A stretch of DNA of 64,000 nt, from the NCBI GenBank assembly GCA_023231475.1, contig JALJEE010002697.1:1-64000 (forward strand), written 5' to 3'. This document shows, in pieces, positions 12,563-26,615 of the stretch (within the stretch, counting starts at the first letter, position 1; each line of letters begins with the position of its first letter). The notes beneath the pieces are model-generated. The model was not told the DNA's origin. It worked only from the letters and a program-made list of their open reading frames with translations, and searched no databases. The stretch is from Seison nebaliae (lineage: Eukaryota). Position numbers and translations under genes: made by a program.

Positions 12563-15500
12563 ATCTCAGCGATTCCTTCCCAGGCAGCGTCGAGCGGAAA
12601 TTCTCCAACTACTACAACAACTTATCAATGACCATCGCGACAGTGTTGATTGGAAGGAAAACGGAATGATTTATTTCTAAAAGGAATGAGAAATCACATG
12701 TATAATAGTATTTCCATAAAAAACATAAATGGTGAATGAAAAGAAGTTTCCAAGGAATTCACATTTCCATATTTCTGGTGAATATTGAAATATAAGAATT
12801 TGGTGGAATGCACAGAAAGAATGTGCTCTCAATTCCTCGAAATAATAATGTAACTGCATGAACAGGAAATAAATCAGTTTATTTCTCAATAATGTCATTT
12901 CAGACAATATGGACATCCACCTATTAAATTTTCCAGCTATTCTTCTCATTCCTCTCATTCGTATAAGGTGCAGAGAAAATATTATTTCTTTAGAAGTTTT
13001 ATGCATAACACTCCATTTCTACTAAATGAAATCCAATTGATTTTCCATGATTTTTTCATAAAATTCATTACACAATATTCAAGGAGAAAATTCCAATTAG
13101 TTAATGAAATTAACAAATTCGATAATATGACAACGAATATCAACTCCTCTACTTTCATTTTCACTTTTTTATGTTCCCAAAAATATTATAAAAAATTAAG
13201 CAACAAAAATAAATAGAATCAGCGTTTAAACAGGCGCTAAATTCAACTTATTCATTCATCAATGATCCAACTCCCAAGTTAATTCGAATAGTCGCACTTT
13301 TTGAGGGAAATGTTTTTCAAAGAATTTTCTAATTTTCTAATTAAACTCTGATAATAAACAATGGAAATGGAAACGGTTGAAACGAATCGTTCAAATTTTT
13401 TTCATATTATTTTTAGGTCATGATATTTTGAGGGTGAACGATATTGAAATTTTGTTGGAAAGTCCAACGATTGGAATATATCGGATGATATACGTATCGT
13501 ATGATATATATGTTTCCTTTCTCTGGAAACATGGAATATTAGCATGATGGACTCAGGTACATTGAGTCAATTAATTCTTAAGAGAAAACTCAGCATAGGA
13601 ATAAGATGAAGATATAAATGTAATTCCATATTTGATGACTGTAATGGAACTAATGAGATTATAAATTGAAGTAAATTGAATGAGAACATTCTACCTCGAT
13701 CTTCTCCGTGAACAAGGAGTATGGTGTTGATCGACGATCAATTCAGCGTATTCTCACATGAGATTAGGCGTTCTCATCACGTCGAAAATAGACATTGCAT
13801 GCTTATCAGATTATGTAAACATTTGATGGGAGGAGTCGGGAGGCGAAGAAGAAAAGAAAATAATTTGAGAGAATATAATTTCCTTACGAAATTTAATCAA
13901 CTACCATCATCGTATTAACTCTAATATTAACTCTAATATTTAAAATAATAAGAATCAGAATAGACGATTGTAATGATGATGATGATGATGAAGTCCGATT
14001 CTATGGGAATGAATTAAATATCATGCTTCCTCTTACATACGTGTGTAATTTCCAATTGATTCCATTTCTTATCTACGTCGACTTCCGAGTTATTGAATAA
14101 GTAGAGCGATGAGCACTAGAGACATCATCGCAAATAACAATAATAATTTCTACAGATCTCAATAAATATTATATAGTTTCTCTGTGTACGGTCTCATGCG
14201 CTTGAAGAGAGTGGATTTGTATATTTGTTTAGAATCGACCGAAAGGTCTTCTTACTGCCACTATTGAAATTACCATCAAACTGCCATCAGTCAATATAAC
14301 TTTCCGTCTCACAATTGTCAGTCAATTATGTCATTTCAAGAAGAAATTCATTTCTCTTTTTAAAAAAGAATGAATTAATCAATAGTTCTAATTGAACTGG
14401 ATACTAAATGCATCACCGTATAATGTTCACTGAATTATTAGAAATTGAACTTCCCATTATACATCTCCACTCCATTATGGACTCTTTCTTCAACATTCTT
14501 CATAGAAAATGTTGGAATGGCAGGAACATTAAAACCTTCAGAATTCCAATGAAATTTCTTATTTTGAATAAGCTCCATTCAGCTGTTGCTTTGCTCGGTC
14601 AAAATTCGATTAATAATTCTCTTATCATTCATTCTTTCATCAAACATTCAATTTGAATAATGTTATGCGAATTCATTTCATTCAACATCATCCTCAACAC
14701 TTCAAAGTCTGTTAAGGAATCCATTTCTTTGGAATAAATTCAAGTTCATCACCGTTACTTTCCTCCAATTTATTTTATTAAAGTTAAAAAATTTGAACTC
14801 ACACTTCCATTAATATGAAATTCCAGTGGAATTTGTATGTTAGCGAAATTTAGCAAATCTCTTAGAAGAAAGCACTTGTATGATTAATTTATATCTAACA
14901 ATTATCAAATACTTTAATCATGTCCTTCCCCGTATTTTGGAGGTGCCAGGAACCTAGTACTATATCCATTTATAAACCTAATTATTATTAATATAGTGAA
15001 AATTACAATTCTAATGTTCTAACAATTAGAACCTCGATATTGCAAAATTGTTAACAAACATAACATTGAGAATTCTCACAAATTTTTATTCTAGTTCGAT
15101 AACTCTGAGAATTACCAGATGAGAATTATTGTATTGTTGTTGGATTGTAAGATTTGAATGTTGATGAATGTACTTTTTATGGGATAATTAAACTAAACAT
15201 CTAATTAACATCAACTCCATTTCTTGATACAATTATTTATCTTGTGATATTTGAAAACGACATCAGATTCCTCCTATGTCCGTCTTTCGTCTGATTTGTT
15301 AAAATGTTATTTCTGTTTTATGCGTAGAAAAAATAGTAAATAATTGAAAGACATTCGATTGAAACGAATTGAAGAGAAATATTTCTATAAAATTCTAAAA
15401 CTGCTAACTCATAACGTAATACCATTATTTGGTATAATTGCATAAAATTGTTTTATAAACTAAATCATATTATAGAATATTAAAAAAATGGAAAAATTTG

Positions 15501-15933
15501 TGAAACAAAAATATTTTTCTTTGTGAGAATATTTTGAGAGAAATGTAATTAATTGTGCGTATTATTTTATTTTTGCAATTGTTTTTTAAATTTTGAAATA
15601 AATGATGAAGCAGGTATAAGATGGAAATAAAAAGAGAATAATTATATAGAATCCGGAACGAGAAATAAGTTATTAATTATTAGTAATTCGAAATAAAACT
15701 TTCGGTCAACAATAAATTACTCAAGTTCATTCTTTAATACGTGAATTACTAAATCCAATATCGCGAGAAGAACAAATTACGAAATTAATGAAGTTTATTA
15801 TTTATGGTCAAATGAAAATGATGATGATGAGATTCCATTCAACTCTCTATTCCCATCTCAATGCCATCTCCATTAATCGACTGAAACGATCTTTGCCACA
15901 GTCGACTTGTTCATACGATGTTCATTTGCTAAT

Positions 15934-18900
15934 TCACATGAGTCGAATTGGTGATTTGATATGTTCGAATTTTTGTTTCATTGAATGTAATCGTCGAATG
16001 TTACATTTCCTAGTGGACGTCGTTTCACAAATATTACCTGTTCTATTTACCTTTTCCCCATCCGACGAATATTGTTTTGAATGAAAACCGTTTTTCTGTT
16101 TCAATCGATCAATATTCAGGTTCTTCATCGGAGAAATTTCGGTGGAACATTTTTTACTTCTTCTTTTCACCAGTTTTGGGTTGATAAAATAAAAATTATC
16201 TTTCTGATTCGTTTGCATCGGATTATGAAATTGATTCCTCGAACTTCCATTCGGTTGTGATTGTTGGTGTTGTTGACGTCGTTCTTCTCGTCCGTAAGGA
16301 ATATTTAGTGAGATGTATTCTTCATTATTGAATATATTCTCACGTCTCATTCGACGGGTTGTTGTTGTTCGATTGTCATGTCGTTGAATTCTTTGAGGTT
16401 GCGCTTGAATTCGTGGATTTTTTTCTCCCGTTAATTGATAATTCAAATATATCGGATTGGCTTTAGTGGAAAGAAAGAATTTCACGTCATTATCCAACAT
16501 TACCTTCTCACCACTACTTCTCGTACTTAATGGAATTGAAGTGGTACTTCCACAACATTTCGGTTTCGATTTACTTCTCGGTTCGATTTCGCTCAATGTC
16601 GATTGAATTAGAGTGGGTGAATAGATATTTTTTGGAAGGATATTATTATTCGTCTTCTCTTCTAGTTCTTCGTTAATTTCTTCTTCGTTAACCGAATCCA
16701 TCTTATTCAATTCCTGTTGTCCTGTAAAATTGTCGAGAATAGTTAACGGACGTCTCACTCTCATGCCATGGGAAGGTGTGTTCCTATGACGAATGACTGT
16801 CGGTTTTTCAACGGGCATTAAACTCGTCACATTATCATGGTGCGATTTTAAAGCGGAGATTTGAGCTGGTCTTAATTGACGAATTTTCAATAATTTCAAT
16901 TTGTCTTTAATGTCACTACAGGCTGAATGGAATGTGGTGGATGAATTGGATGACGTACTCTTTCTTGTTGGAATAGATTCCTTGATCACATCATCATCCT
17001 CCAAATTATATTCAGGCGGTTCGTCATATAATCGGATGGCGGAATTCGACGTGTTGATATTGACGCTCTTTTTTGATGTTCTTTTATTTAATGAATCAGT
17101 TTGGAAGTTGTTTGAAAAATGATTGTAATTATCGTTGGAAATTGATTTATTCTTTTTATAAGAATTCTTCCGATGATCTGCTTTCAATTGATTTAATGCT
17201 TCTTCGGGAACTACTTTGAAAGATTCGGAATATTTATATTTGTATTTGATTGCTTCAGGATTATAAGAATAAGTTTGAGTAATTTTTTTCGGACCAATAA
17301 TCATCTGATATTTCTCTTGTTTCTTTTTCATTTCATTATTCTTCTGAGATATTTGTTCATCGGCATCATCTTCCGTTAAACATTCATCTTGTTGACTCAA
17401 TTCATTATCACTCAATTCATCAGCATATTCCACATCATCGATATGATCATAAGTTCGATTGTTAATAATTAACATCTGATCCGCTGGTGATTTCTTTTTT
17501 CTATTTTTCGGCATTTGAAATAATCCATAACTTGCAGCACTCTCAAATGATTCGTCTTTCAAAGCAGAATCATCTGATTCTACTGATGATTTTTTCTCGT
17601 TTGACATGTCTGGTAATTTGGTATGAGGAACAATTCTCGTTGAAACGATTGCTGCCGGATTGGTTCTTATTCGAGGAGACAAATTCATTTTAGCTTTCAT
17701 TTCTCTCACGTTCTCAGTCTGGGTTGGAATATGAGCAATAAATGATATTTTTTCAGGAGGTGATGATGTTTTGATTTGAGGAGTCACTTTGTCCAATCGA
17801 TCAGTTAGTCGTTCAAGATTTCCAACCACCTTCCGACGATTATATGGCTGAGGAGAGAATGTTTTGGCGAAACGGAAGCGATCATGTAAAATTGACGATT
17901 CCATCGATTGATTATCTGAGTCTTTAACAGAATTGGCTCGCTTAACTTTTTCTTTTTTTTCTTCGTTCTTCTTTAAGAAATAAGATAATGAAGAATAAAG
18001 TGGTCGGTTTTCAAGAGTAGTCTCTTTCATTTGCTCATCGAATTGGGCATGGTCTGTAGAAACCATCGGTTGACTGGCAATCGATTCTGATGAGTTTTTC
18101 GTTTGTTGTTGTCGATCTATATGCGCAGTAGAGTATGTGCTTAAGAAATTCTTATCATTTCCACTTATATAATGTACAGATTGTGTTAATTTGTTATCGA
18201 GTGATGGAGTGGGAGAATAGACACGAAAATGAATATCATTATGATTGTCCATTGTTGTGATATGTGGTTTGTGCACAACGAAAGTGCGTCCCGGTCGAAA
18301 CTCTTGCGATTGTAGAGTTGATTGAACAGATTTGGTTCTTCGTTGATATCTGGCATAAGCAAGCGGCAATTTCTTTTGGAAATACTCTTTATAAGACATC
18401 GAGTCGATCGTATCTTCAGCGAAATTATCTAATTGGAAATTGAGACGGAACTTCTTCCGATGTTTACTGAACGTTTCATTAAAGTAGGAAGGACGTATAT
18501 TATAAACAATCGATGATGGAACATGTTTCTTATTGGCGGCACCAATCGGAGATAATGATGCAGATTTCTTTTTAATGCTCTCCTCAGCAAACTGCAAAAT
18601 GGCTTTATTCAGTAATAAATTATCTTGATAATTCAATGCTGCTTTCGGTATAATTTGCACTTTCATCTCACGTTCTGATTTATGTAATCTGGTTAGATTC
18701 CCTCCTTCAATTTCATCAACCGTTTCATCTGATGCTGAGGAGCAACCTTTCTTCTCTTTGTACAAATCGAACAAATAACGACGTTTAATATCTTTCACAT
18801 AATTCGCATAAGATTCGATGTTGGACGTCATCGGTTGATACGGCGAATATGATCGTTTCGGTTGGAGTGTTAAGGAACGTGAAGAGGCTTCTGCTGAGTC

Positions 18901-19455
18901 GTAACGTAACAAGAATCTCATATGATAACGATTCCTTAAATTCATTAATGTAGAGATGTCATGACGATATGAGGGAATGTGAACAGCACTGCAACTATCA
19001 AGAGATTCGAATCGCCTCCTCCGATGATCAATTGGACGCACCAAAGAAATGCTCGCATGATTTGGGAGAAACTGCTGACGACAAATAGAAATGATTGATG
19101 GAAATGAACAATTTCCTAAGTTTGTGCATGGAGATAAAGGAGAGATCGAATTGGCTTCTTCTACGGTCGTCACTGCTGCGAGTTGTTGTTCGGAAGACGG
19201 AACTTTATCAATTAATCTTTCCAAATTTGCATTCTTCTCGAAATAATTCTTCGAATTGTTCACATTCTTTGTCTTATTATTTTCCATTTGAATCCGACTT
19301 CGATGTCCTTGAGCGAGTGGCGGTTTAGATGCAATCATTGACGTATTACTCTTCATCGTCAACTGTTCCAATTCGGCTAGAATATTTCTAACTCGAATTT
19401 CCTTCTCAGATTGACCGGAAATTGATTTTCCTGAATTCAATTCCTCTTCCATCAT
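15934..19455 (-). CDS. 1173-aa orphan, low-complexity/disordered protein; may have an upstream exon (in-frame acceptor at 19474)
   Basis: 3.5-kb ORF. ttttctctccag at 19485-19474 is followed by in-frame CAA CAC AAT CGA CCA GAA ATG. No domain recognised. Confidence 0.78.
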   Translation of the reverse strand: MMEEELNSGKSISGQSEKEIRVRNILAELEQLTMKSNTSMIASKPPLAQGHRSRIQMENNKTKNVNNSKNYFEKNANLERLIDKVPSSEQQLAAVTTVEEANSISPLSPCTNLGNCSFPSIISICRQQFLPNHASISLVRPIDHRRRRFESLDSCSAVHIPSYRHDISTLMNLRNRYHMRFLLRYDSAEASSRSLTLQPKRSYSPYQPMTSNIESYANYVKDIKRRYLFDLYKEKKGCSSASDETVDEIEGGNLTRLHKSEREMKVQIIPKAALNYQDNLLLNKAILQFAEESIKKKSASLSPIGAANKKHVPSSIVYNIRPSYFNETFSKHRKKFRLNFQLDNFAEDTIDSMSYKEYFQKKLPLAYARYQRRTKSVQSTLQSQEFRPGRTFVVHKPHITTMDNHNDIHFRVYSPTPSLDNKLTQSVHYISGNDKNFLSTYSTAHIDRQQQTKNSSESIASQPMVSTDHAQFDEQMKETTLENRPLYSSLSYFLKKNEEKKEKVKRANSVKDSDNQSMESSILHDRFRFAKTFSPQPYNRRKVVGNLERLTDRLDKVTPQIKTSSPPEKISFIAHIPTQTENVREMKAKMNLSPRIRTNPAAIVSTRIVPHTKLPDMSNEKKSSVESDDSALKDESFESAASYGLFQMPKNRKKKSPADQMLIINNRTYDHIDDVEYADELSDNELSQQDECLTEDDADEQISQKNNEMKKKQEKYQMIIGPKKITQTYSYNPEAIKYKYKYSESFKVVPEEALNQLKADHRKNSYKKNKSISNDNYNHFSNNFQTDSLNKRTSKKSVNINTSNSAIRLYDEPPEYNLEDDDVIKESIPTRKSTSSNSSTTFHSACSDIKDKLKLLKIRQLRPAQISALKSHHDNVTSLMPVEKPTVIRHRNTPSHGMRVRRPLTILDNFTGQQELNKMDSVNEEEINEELEEKTNNNILPKNIYSPTLIQSTLSEIEPRSKSKPKCCGSTTSIPLSTRSSGEKVMLDNDVKFFLSTKANPIYLNYQLTGEKNPRIQAQPQRIQRHDNRTTTTRRMRRENIFNNEEYISLNIPYGREERRQQHQQSQPNGSSRNQFHNPMQTNQKDNFYFINPKLVKRRSKKCSTEISPMKNLNIDRLKQKNGFHSKQYSSDGEKVNRTGNICETTSTRKCNIRRLHSMKQKFEHIKSPIRLM

Positions 19456-22114
19456 TTCTGGTCGATTGTGTTGCTGGAGAGAAAATTATATTTCTTCTAA
19501 TTCACATTCAGTTCATTCAATTCAAATATGTTCGAAAACATCTCGTCAATATTATCTTCCTTCCGAACTCATTGAGACTAATCAGGAAAAGAAAAATATC
19601 TACGAATAGAATCAACTAATGTTACAAGAAATTTTTGGCGAGAATGAAAAATAGTATGAACAACTCTTAAACAAATGGTCTAATTATTTGTTAGTTAACT
19701 TTATCATATGCTCATCTGGAAACGAATAACGTTCCATTGCAAACCGAAAGACTAACGAGACATTGAGACACTTCCTTTTACTCAACAGAAGTAGTATTGT
19801 CCTCCTACTTCTACTCGTCGTCATTATGACGATGAGCTCATTGATAATGATTTATATTGGAAATGAATTCTCCCAATTCTCAAGTTCAACATTGGGCAAC
19901 ATGTTAACATCTTCATAACATTCATGGTAACAACTGCCAATAGTGCTCGAGAACGATATAAACATCTTCATTCACAAGAATGATACAGCTGCCACACTTC
20001 TAATTGTACATAGACGTTCCACTACCACTGTATCAGTTTCAGCAGGTTGCCAAGTATTCATTATGTCAGTTGTTGATGAAAACTCATCCTTCACAACAAA
20101 ATAAACGACATATTCATTTCCCTTATAGATCCACCATCAATTTCCTATCTGTTATTTCCATTATACTATTCTCCCCCATTCCACGATATCGTGCAGTGTT
20201 CCATAGACTTATCATCAGTGGAAGAAAGTTCCAATTGTATAAATGGAAACCATAAGAATGAAAGTCATTATTCGAATATTGAAAAATAGATCATCTGCTG
20301 TCTTCTATTTATCTTGTGCATTCTCATTAACACCTTCTCCCATGAACTCGCTTCTTCTCCTCTTCTATTATTTTCTCTCGATATTATGTAATGAATCTGA
20401 AGAGAATGATTGCGAATGGAATGGTAATGGCACAATCTAAATATCTCAGCATTATTGAGAGAACTATTCATTCAATAATATTACCAATTGATTGAATAGA
20501 ATAAAGAATTCTCCATTCAACACATTCTCATTGATAGAATTGTGACGTGTATTCCAACTGGAGACAAAACATTCAATTTACAAATTCTCAATAACTTCTA
20601 ACTCAAATTCATCTTGTCGTTACTTCATGACTAATACGTCTCATCCGTGATAGGATGGGGAGAGGAAGAATGAGAGAAAGCCTGATGAGAATTTCATAAT
20701 AAAACGATTTGTTAAATGACTCTAATAAGGGAATAGTAATAAAGGACTGATAGAAAACATATATACACATTGGAATGATTAGTGACGAAAGGTTTCGGAT
20801 GATGGAAATGGCGGAATGCTATTAACAATCCTACAACTTCATTACTTAATACATTTAATGGTGTTGTTGACCGACGTGCTTCTGTGTTTTTATCGAATTT
20901 CTTCGACTTATCTTTAAAAGATGAGTTTGACGGAAGTCTGCTTTTGCGATGGGAAACGGACGAAGAATGTCATAATGATCTCAATTCGGGCTGAGATAAA
21001 TCATCATTCAACGACGACAACCACATGGAATGAAGAGACATTACGTTCTAATTAATCATAAAATTATTTTACTCTTATTGAAAAGATGAATTTAAGTGTC
21101 TTTTATTCCATTACCATATTACTTATTTATCTAATTAACATTATGTAATCATCATTCTCTGATTGTACAATCAGAAATCAAACAAGTATAAATATACACA
21201 TAAACACACTTATCACTATATTGTTTGTTCATATTCTCAGTTTAATCAATTATCCGAGACCACTCGTGAGAAAGAAGCAAATAAAATTTAAGAGTTTCCA
21301 ATTAACTCATCCCACTCTTCGAAATGTTACGAGATAAACATACTCACTCCAGACCGAAACCGCCAATTCTTGGTCGATTCAGAGTTAATTAATAATTGTT
21401 TGCCACTGAATAGAAAAATATCTTCAACTTACTAAAAACGTCTAAAAGTAGTTTCTAATTCGTTTTAATAACTAATTCATTATATTTCTACCATTATTAG
21501 CAAATGGAAAGAAATCGGTTATTACAAGTTCTCTAAATTCATTAACGAAATTATTACATAAAAATTTATAGTAGGAATATTGACAAGTTTCTTTGAATAA
21601 TTTTTATGGATAAATATTAAACTCCTTCAATCAAATATCAAATAAAATGAATGCCAAATATCAAATAATGTAATTCCAGTCGTCCATTCATTCACATCGC
21701 ATTACATTACATTACTTTTCCGTCATATGATGTACTTGGAATATTTACAGGATTTACATATGGTTTCCATTTGGCAGATGAAAACATATTTTACGCCACA
21801 ATAATATTCTCAGTAACCAGTTATGAAAAAGGAAAACAATTAAAGAATTCGTAAGTTCGATTCGTTCCTAAAATTGCCTTATTGACTGTTTATTTTGCAT
21901 GTTCATAATGCATTTCTTCAACCTATCCAACTAATAAGTATTACGAAATACATATCGTTATTATTGAATCAATCTACATCCCAAAAAAACTATCCATTCG
22001 ATATGAAGATCTTCAACAATAAAATGTCATAATGTTACCAAAGATTCTTTATCGATGAAAATTTCCTTAAAAAAAGAAACTAAACATTAAAATAAATTAA
22101 AATTAATTTATTAC

Positions 22115-22116
<2 letters not shown>

Positions 22117-22157
<41 letters not shown>
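22117..22157. repeat. (TTA)n microsatellite, about 14 units
   Basis: Uninterrupted ttattatta... run seen directly. Confidence 0.95.
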
Positions 22158-25100
22158 GTTCAATTAATTAACGATTAGAATATGAAAAGTCAATAAAGTT
22201 CTTTTCTTACAACTGTCCTTCGTCTTCACATATGTTTCTGTTCACATGTTCCTCAAACTCTCTCACCAGTTGAAACCGCAATATAACCTGACAACTGATG
22301 AAGTGAAATGAAGACGGTTGAAATAATCTGTAATTGGCTATGATATAATTCGTCTCATCATATTAAGAATGTATTAGAGGTGAACGATACTAAACTCTAG
22401 TTATATTCTACATTCTACTCCCTCACTTTTTTGTTCAATATGTCACCTCGCTCATTCATGCCCTCCCTCTTCTTTCACGTAATTTTTTACTTTAATTTTT
22501 CGTTTGTCCTTCTCACTCAATTGCTGCCAACGACTACGTGATATTTCTATTTCCGGTGAAGTTAAAATTGGAGAAATTAGGAGACTGTGTGAATATCATT
22601 GAGAGCGAAGGAAGTGAAAAAAACGTCAAACTTCCAAAAAAAATGTAAAAGACGACGATGCGTATTAGAGAGGTCCAAAACGAATTTTCCTCCCTTCTCT
22701 CACCAGATATCATTCAACTATTCTTTTTAATTGAATGTCTATTGCATAATCAGTAAACAAGAGATTTGTATGGAATATAAAGAAGTTCATTTCAGCTTAT
22801 TCTTCCTACAAATCATCGCCAACATCAACATCTTCTTAATCAACTTCCCAACATGAATAAACAAACCAGTTAACACACCGAAGTACAAGTACAGATATAG
22901 TATTTCTTAAACCTTTTTCTTCATCTCTAACTAAATAGACAAGCTATAACGGTATTGATCAAACGATATGTTGATATGGAGAAAAGAATGAGTCTCTTCA
23001 TATACTTTTTATGTTGATTGTTGACCTCAACATTCCAAATCGATGACGAAAACTATTAAAGCCAATTAGACAAATAGTAACGCGAATAATATGAATCGCG
23101 AATCGCATTTACCAACAGTGATATCAGATCCAATCCAACCAATTGATGTCATTACACTAATTCTCCCATACAACCACATGTGCATTCCCCAAACCCTTTT
23201 ATATTCAGTTTAGGATTTAATGTTCATTTCTTTATGTTACTCATGTTTAGTCATTTAGTTACCTAACCGTCAACTGAATAAATAATAAATAAAAACTAAT
23301 AATCATTTTCAACTTATGCACACCAGTTCGAATGAATCATCATTTAGATACGTCATAATCATCAGTGGTTGTCGGGCTGCTTCCTCTCCGAGTGAGGAAG
23401 AGAATTCTAATGGAATTGTTAGAGATTACATATAATATAAATAAAAATTTTATCATATTATGAATAAATCATTAAAATTCTTACATTAACCAATTTGCAT
23501 ATTGGTGCAGCTATTGGATCATATCTAATTATCGATCGGCTATTATGAATTCCTTATGAGAAGTTATCACATTCCTCCTCTCTTGGTGAAATGATCATGA
23601 AGAGACATCGAGGAAATAACATCAAGTTCAATCATCTGATATAATTCATAATGGAGAGAATAATTAGAATTAAGGGAAATAAATTTCCGATAAATTAGAG
23701 TTGTTGTTGTTGCTACTGATGATGATGATGGTTCTTTACAACCTTCACATAAATCTATTAATGAATAATTATCACGATTTACTCATATTTACTTTCTTAC
23801 TTGTATTATGTGATACATTCCGAACAAACGGCATATTACTGCATCAATAGACTTTACACAAAAGAATATAACTTACAATATTTACATAATGTCCACACTG
23901 ATTATTGGAAGAGATAAATCGATAAAACGTATTAACTTCTGTAATTTTACGAAGAAGAAGAAGAAACAGAAGAAGTAGAAAACCGTTTCTAAAATAACAA
24001 TATGAGCAATCGAATAGAGATTCGTTTCCAAAAGGATATTTATTCTCCGAAAGAAAATGGCCTAAAACGATTGAAATTCCGATGTGAATTGAGATGGAAG
24101 ACGACGGAACCAGCAGTAAGTTTATCTACCATTTGAATGATATGATTCGTGATATGATGGAAGAACGGAAAGAAGCGAAAATCTATTGCTCCAATAAACA
24201 CAATAACAGTCAACGTTCTATCATTCTTTCTATGCTGTTATTGTTCATTTTGGAGAATTAACGTTATGATTGGTCTTCTAATTATGTTGGAATTAATATT
24301 TCCATTTTCATTCCTAATCAACAATCATAAGTGATTGAATAATCATTTGTAATATGTGTGAACAATATTAACCAAATTAGATAATAGATCCATCAACGAT
24401 GATGGTTGAGGTCGACTATATTTATTTGTGGAATATTTCTGTTCAGAAAATTCTCAAACTGAAAACTTCGAATATTTGAGAGAGAAGAAGGAGGTGATGA
24501 TGATGAAGATGATAATAGAACGTGAACTAGAATGGAAAAACGAATTCGTTAAATAGAAATCTACTAGTTAGTGATGATGGATGAGGGGGAGGATTGTGGT
24601 TGAAAGGAAATGATCTATTGGATTTCCAATCCATTCCATTGATACGTAATTGCATGCTGGCAGATTCGACGAACAATATGTATGGGAATATAAATAAGAA
24701 GAAATTGAAAGTTCCTACATCATCAACATCATCATCGTCAAAAGCAGTTGCATATGAAGATTCATCTGATGGAATTAAATAGATACAATGTGTCTAATAA
24801 TTAACATGGATGGCATTGACTCATTGCCGTTTCATAATAATTTCACTTCAGTGACGAGACTAACAAAGAAGAATAAGTGTCGCCGCGAAATTTTCTCATC
24901 AAGACAAGAATGAAAGTAGGGGAGGGAATGAAGGTGAATAAGAATTGGGAAGAAAAGAAGAAGAAATGGATTTCTATTCAAACATAACAATCTCTGCAAG
25001 AAAAGTGCGGATGTAATGATTCAGAAAGAAAGTTTCCTCCGAATAAACTTTTTTGTTTGTTCAAACGACTTTCGATTTACTTTAAAAAAAATTAAACGAT

Positions 25101-25904
25101 TCCATACAATTCCATTGTTCAATCGAGGGAACGATCGAAGCTAAACGGAAACCATCAGATAATTGAATGATGATTGATAATGAACAGATCGATATTAGAT
25201 TAGATGGCATTGAGGAGAGATACGAGAAGAAAACTGTGAAATGTGGACACGGACTCGTTTCACTTCTTCTAGAACTCAATTTCGAAGTTGGTCGAGTTGT
25301 CCTTCACTCAACAGAAAGACAATCATTCTTCTAATTATTTTTCATCTTCTCAAATTTCTTTTGTTAATTTCTTCTGGAGAAAGAAATTTATTATTCCTTA
25401 TTAGAAGAATTATGTTACTGGAGTAAATAAGATATAAATGAGACCGAATGAAATTAGTAGAAGCTCAATCGTTTAACGAGCTCAAACGAAAAAGAAACAA
25501 TTGTAGGAACAATCACTCACTCACTTACTCATTTCATATTCGTAAATGATATGTGTATAGGTGCCAAATAATAGAAACTCTTTCTTACCCAACATCACTC
25601 ACACTAACTAATTGAACGATAATCTCAATCATATTTACTTTAAAATGAGCAAACAAATTCTAATTTTCATTCCATCATTCCATTCAATCTCCAACTACAA
25701 CGATTCTCGAGACGATAATTAAGCATAAATATTTTGTTCTATTGAAAAAACGGAAAAAATCGATAAATCATTTTGGGAAACAAGTAGAATTCAATTAAAA
25801 TTGATGATTAATAAATAAAACTGAATCAATTGACGAATTGAATACGGAAGATCCGAATTGTGGCCTTCGAATTTATCTAAACAATTACCAACAAATTTCA
25901 TCAG

Positions 25905-26174
25905 ATGAATGTGAGAAAACGAACATCAGGAATTAGCGATATATCCGGAGGAATTACTAATGTTCAATCGTTATCGACTATATGGAAACAAATTGGAAAT
26001 TGTCAGAAAAGAATTAGAAGGAAATTCGTTTCCTTCTCCAAAATTTCCCAGAAGAAAGCGAGAAATGAGACGGAAGAAAATTATGAATCGTTGGAACTAT
26101 CGGCAAATTCACGACCGTTATATGTTCCAGTTTATTTAATTGATGGAACTAAATATGCTTTAACCACAAGCTAA
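25905..26174 (+). CDS. Possible small basic protein (89 aa), function unknown
   Basis: Hydrophilic, coding-like composition. ATG directly follows a CAG, and an AATAAA-like signal lies downstream. No homology recognised. Confidence 0.3.
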   Translation: MNVRKRTSGISDISGGITNVQSLSTIWKQIGNCQKRIRRKFVSFSKISQKKARNETEENYESLELSANSRPLYVPVYLIDGTKYALTTS

Positions 26175-26411
26175 TATACCACAATTTTTTCTTTTTCCAA
26201 TTGAAGAATTCCTCTAATTTATTCTGATTTAAGAATTGAAAATAAATAATGTTAGTGAGAGAAGAAGAAACATTTCACAATAGATGAAGAATAAATAGAA
26301 AGATTTTCTTTTAAATTTCACAAGTTTAGTTCTTTAGCGAGTTCATCTCCGCATTTTAACTTGAACACAACAAATTCTCAACAAACAATAGAAAACGAAG
26401 TAGAATTTTTA

Positions 26412-26615
26412 TTATTTGACCTTCTTCGTCTCATCGTCTGTCCGATTGGCGTCGGTGTTATTAGGTTGTCGATTCTCTTCCACTGCTTCCTTCATTTCGC
26501 CCAATACGCCAAGACTGACGAATAGTGGTCGAATATAGGGCCAGATATATGGATTGATGAAACTTATCCAAAGGAAAGTAAGTGCAGGGTAGATGAGACA
26601 AGGAATACAGACCAT
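26412..26615 (-). CDS. C18orf32: UPF0729 / C18orf32-like small membrane protein (67 aa)
   Basis: N-terminus MVCIPCLIYPALTFLWISFINPYIWP matches the family pattern MVCIPC.v.P.ll.i...FlePYi.P. The true ATG is at 26615, not the ORF-track start. Confidence 0.85.
   Translation of the reverse strand: MVCIPCLIYPALTFLWISFINPYIWPYIRPLFVSLGVLGEMKEAVEENRQPNNTDANRTDDETKKVK

Noticed and set aside
20970..20972. Genome-wide reassignment of TGA (alternative genetic code)
   Set aside because: TGA ends the BAF-like, ZFYVE19 and both orphan ORFs, and conserved Trp residues use TGG.
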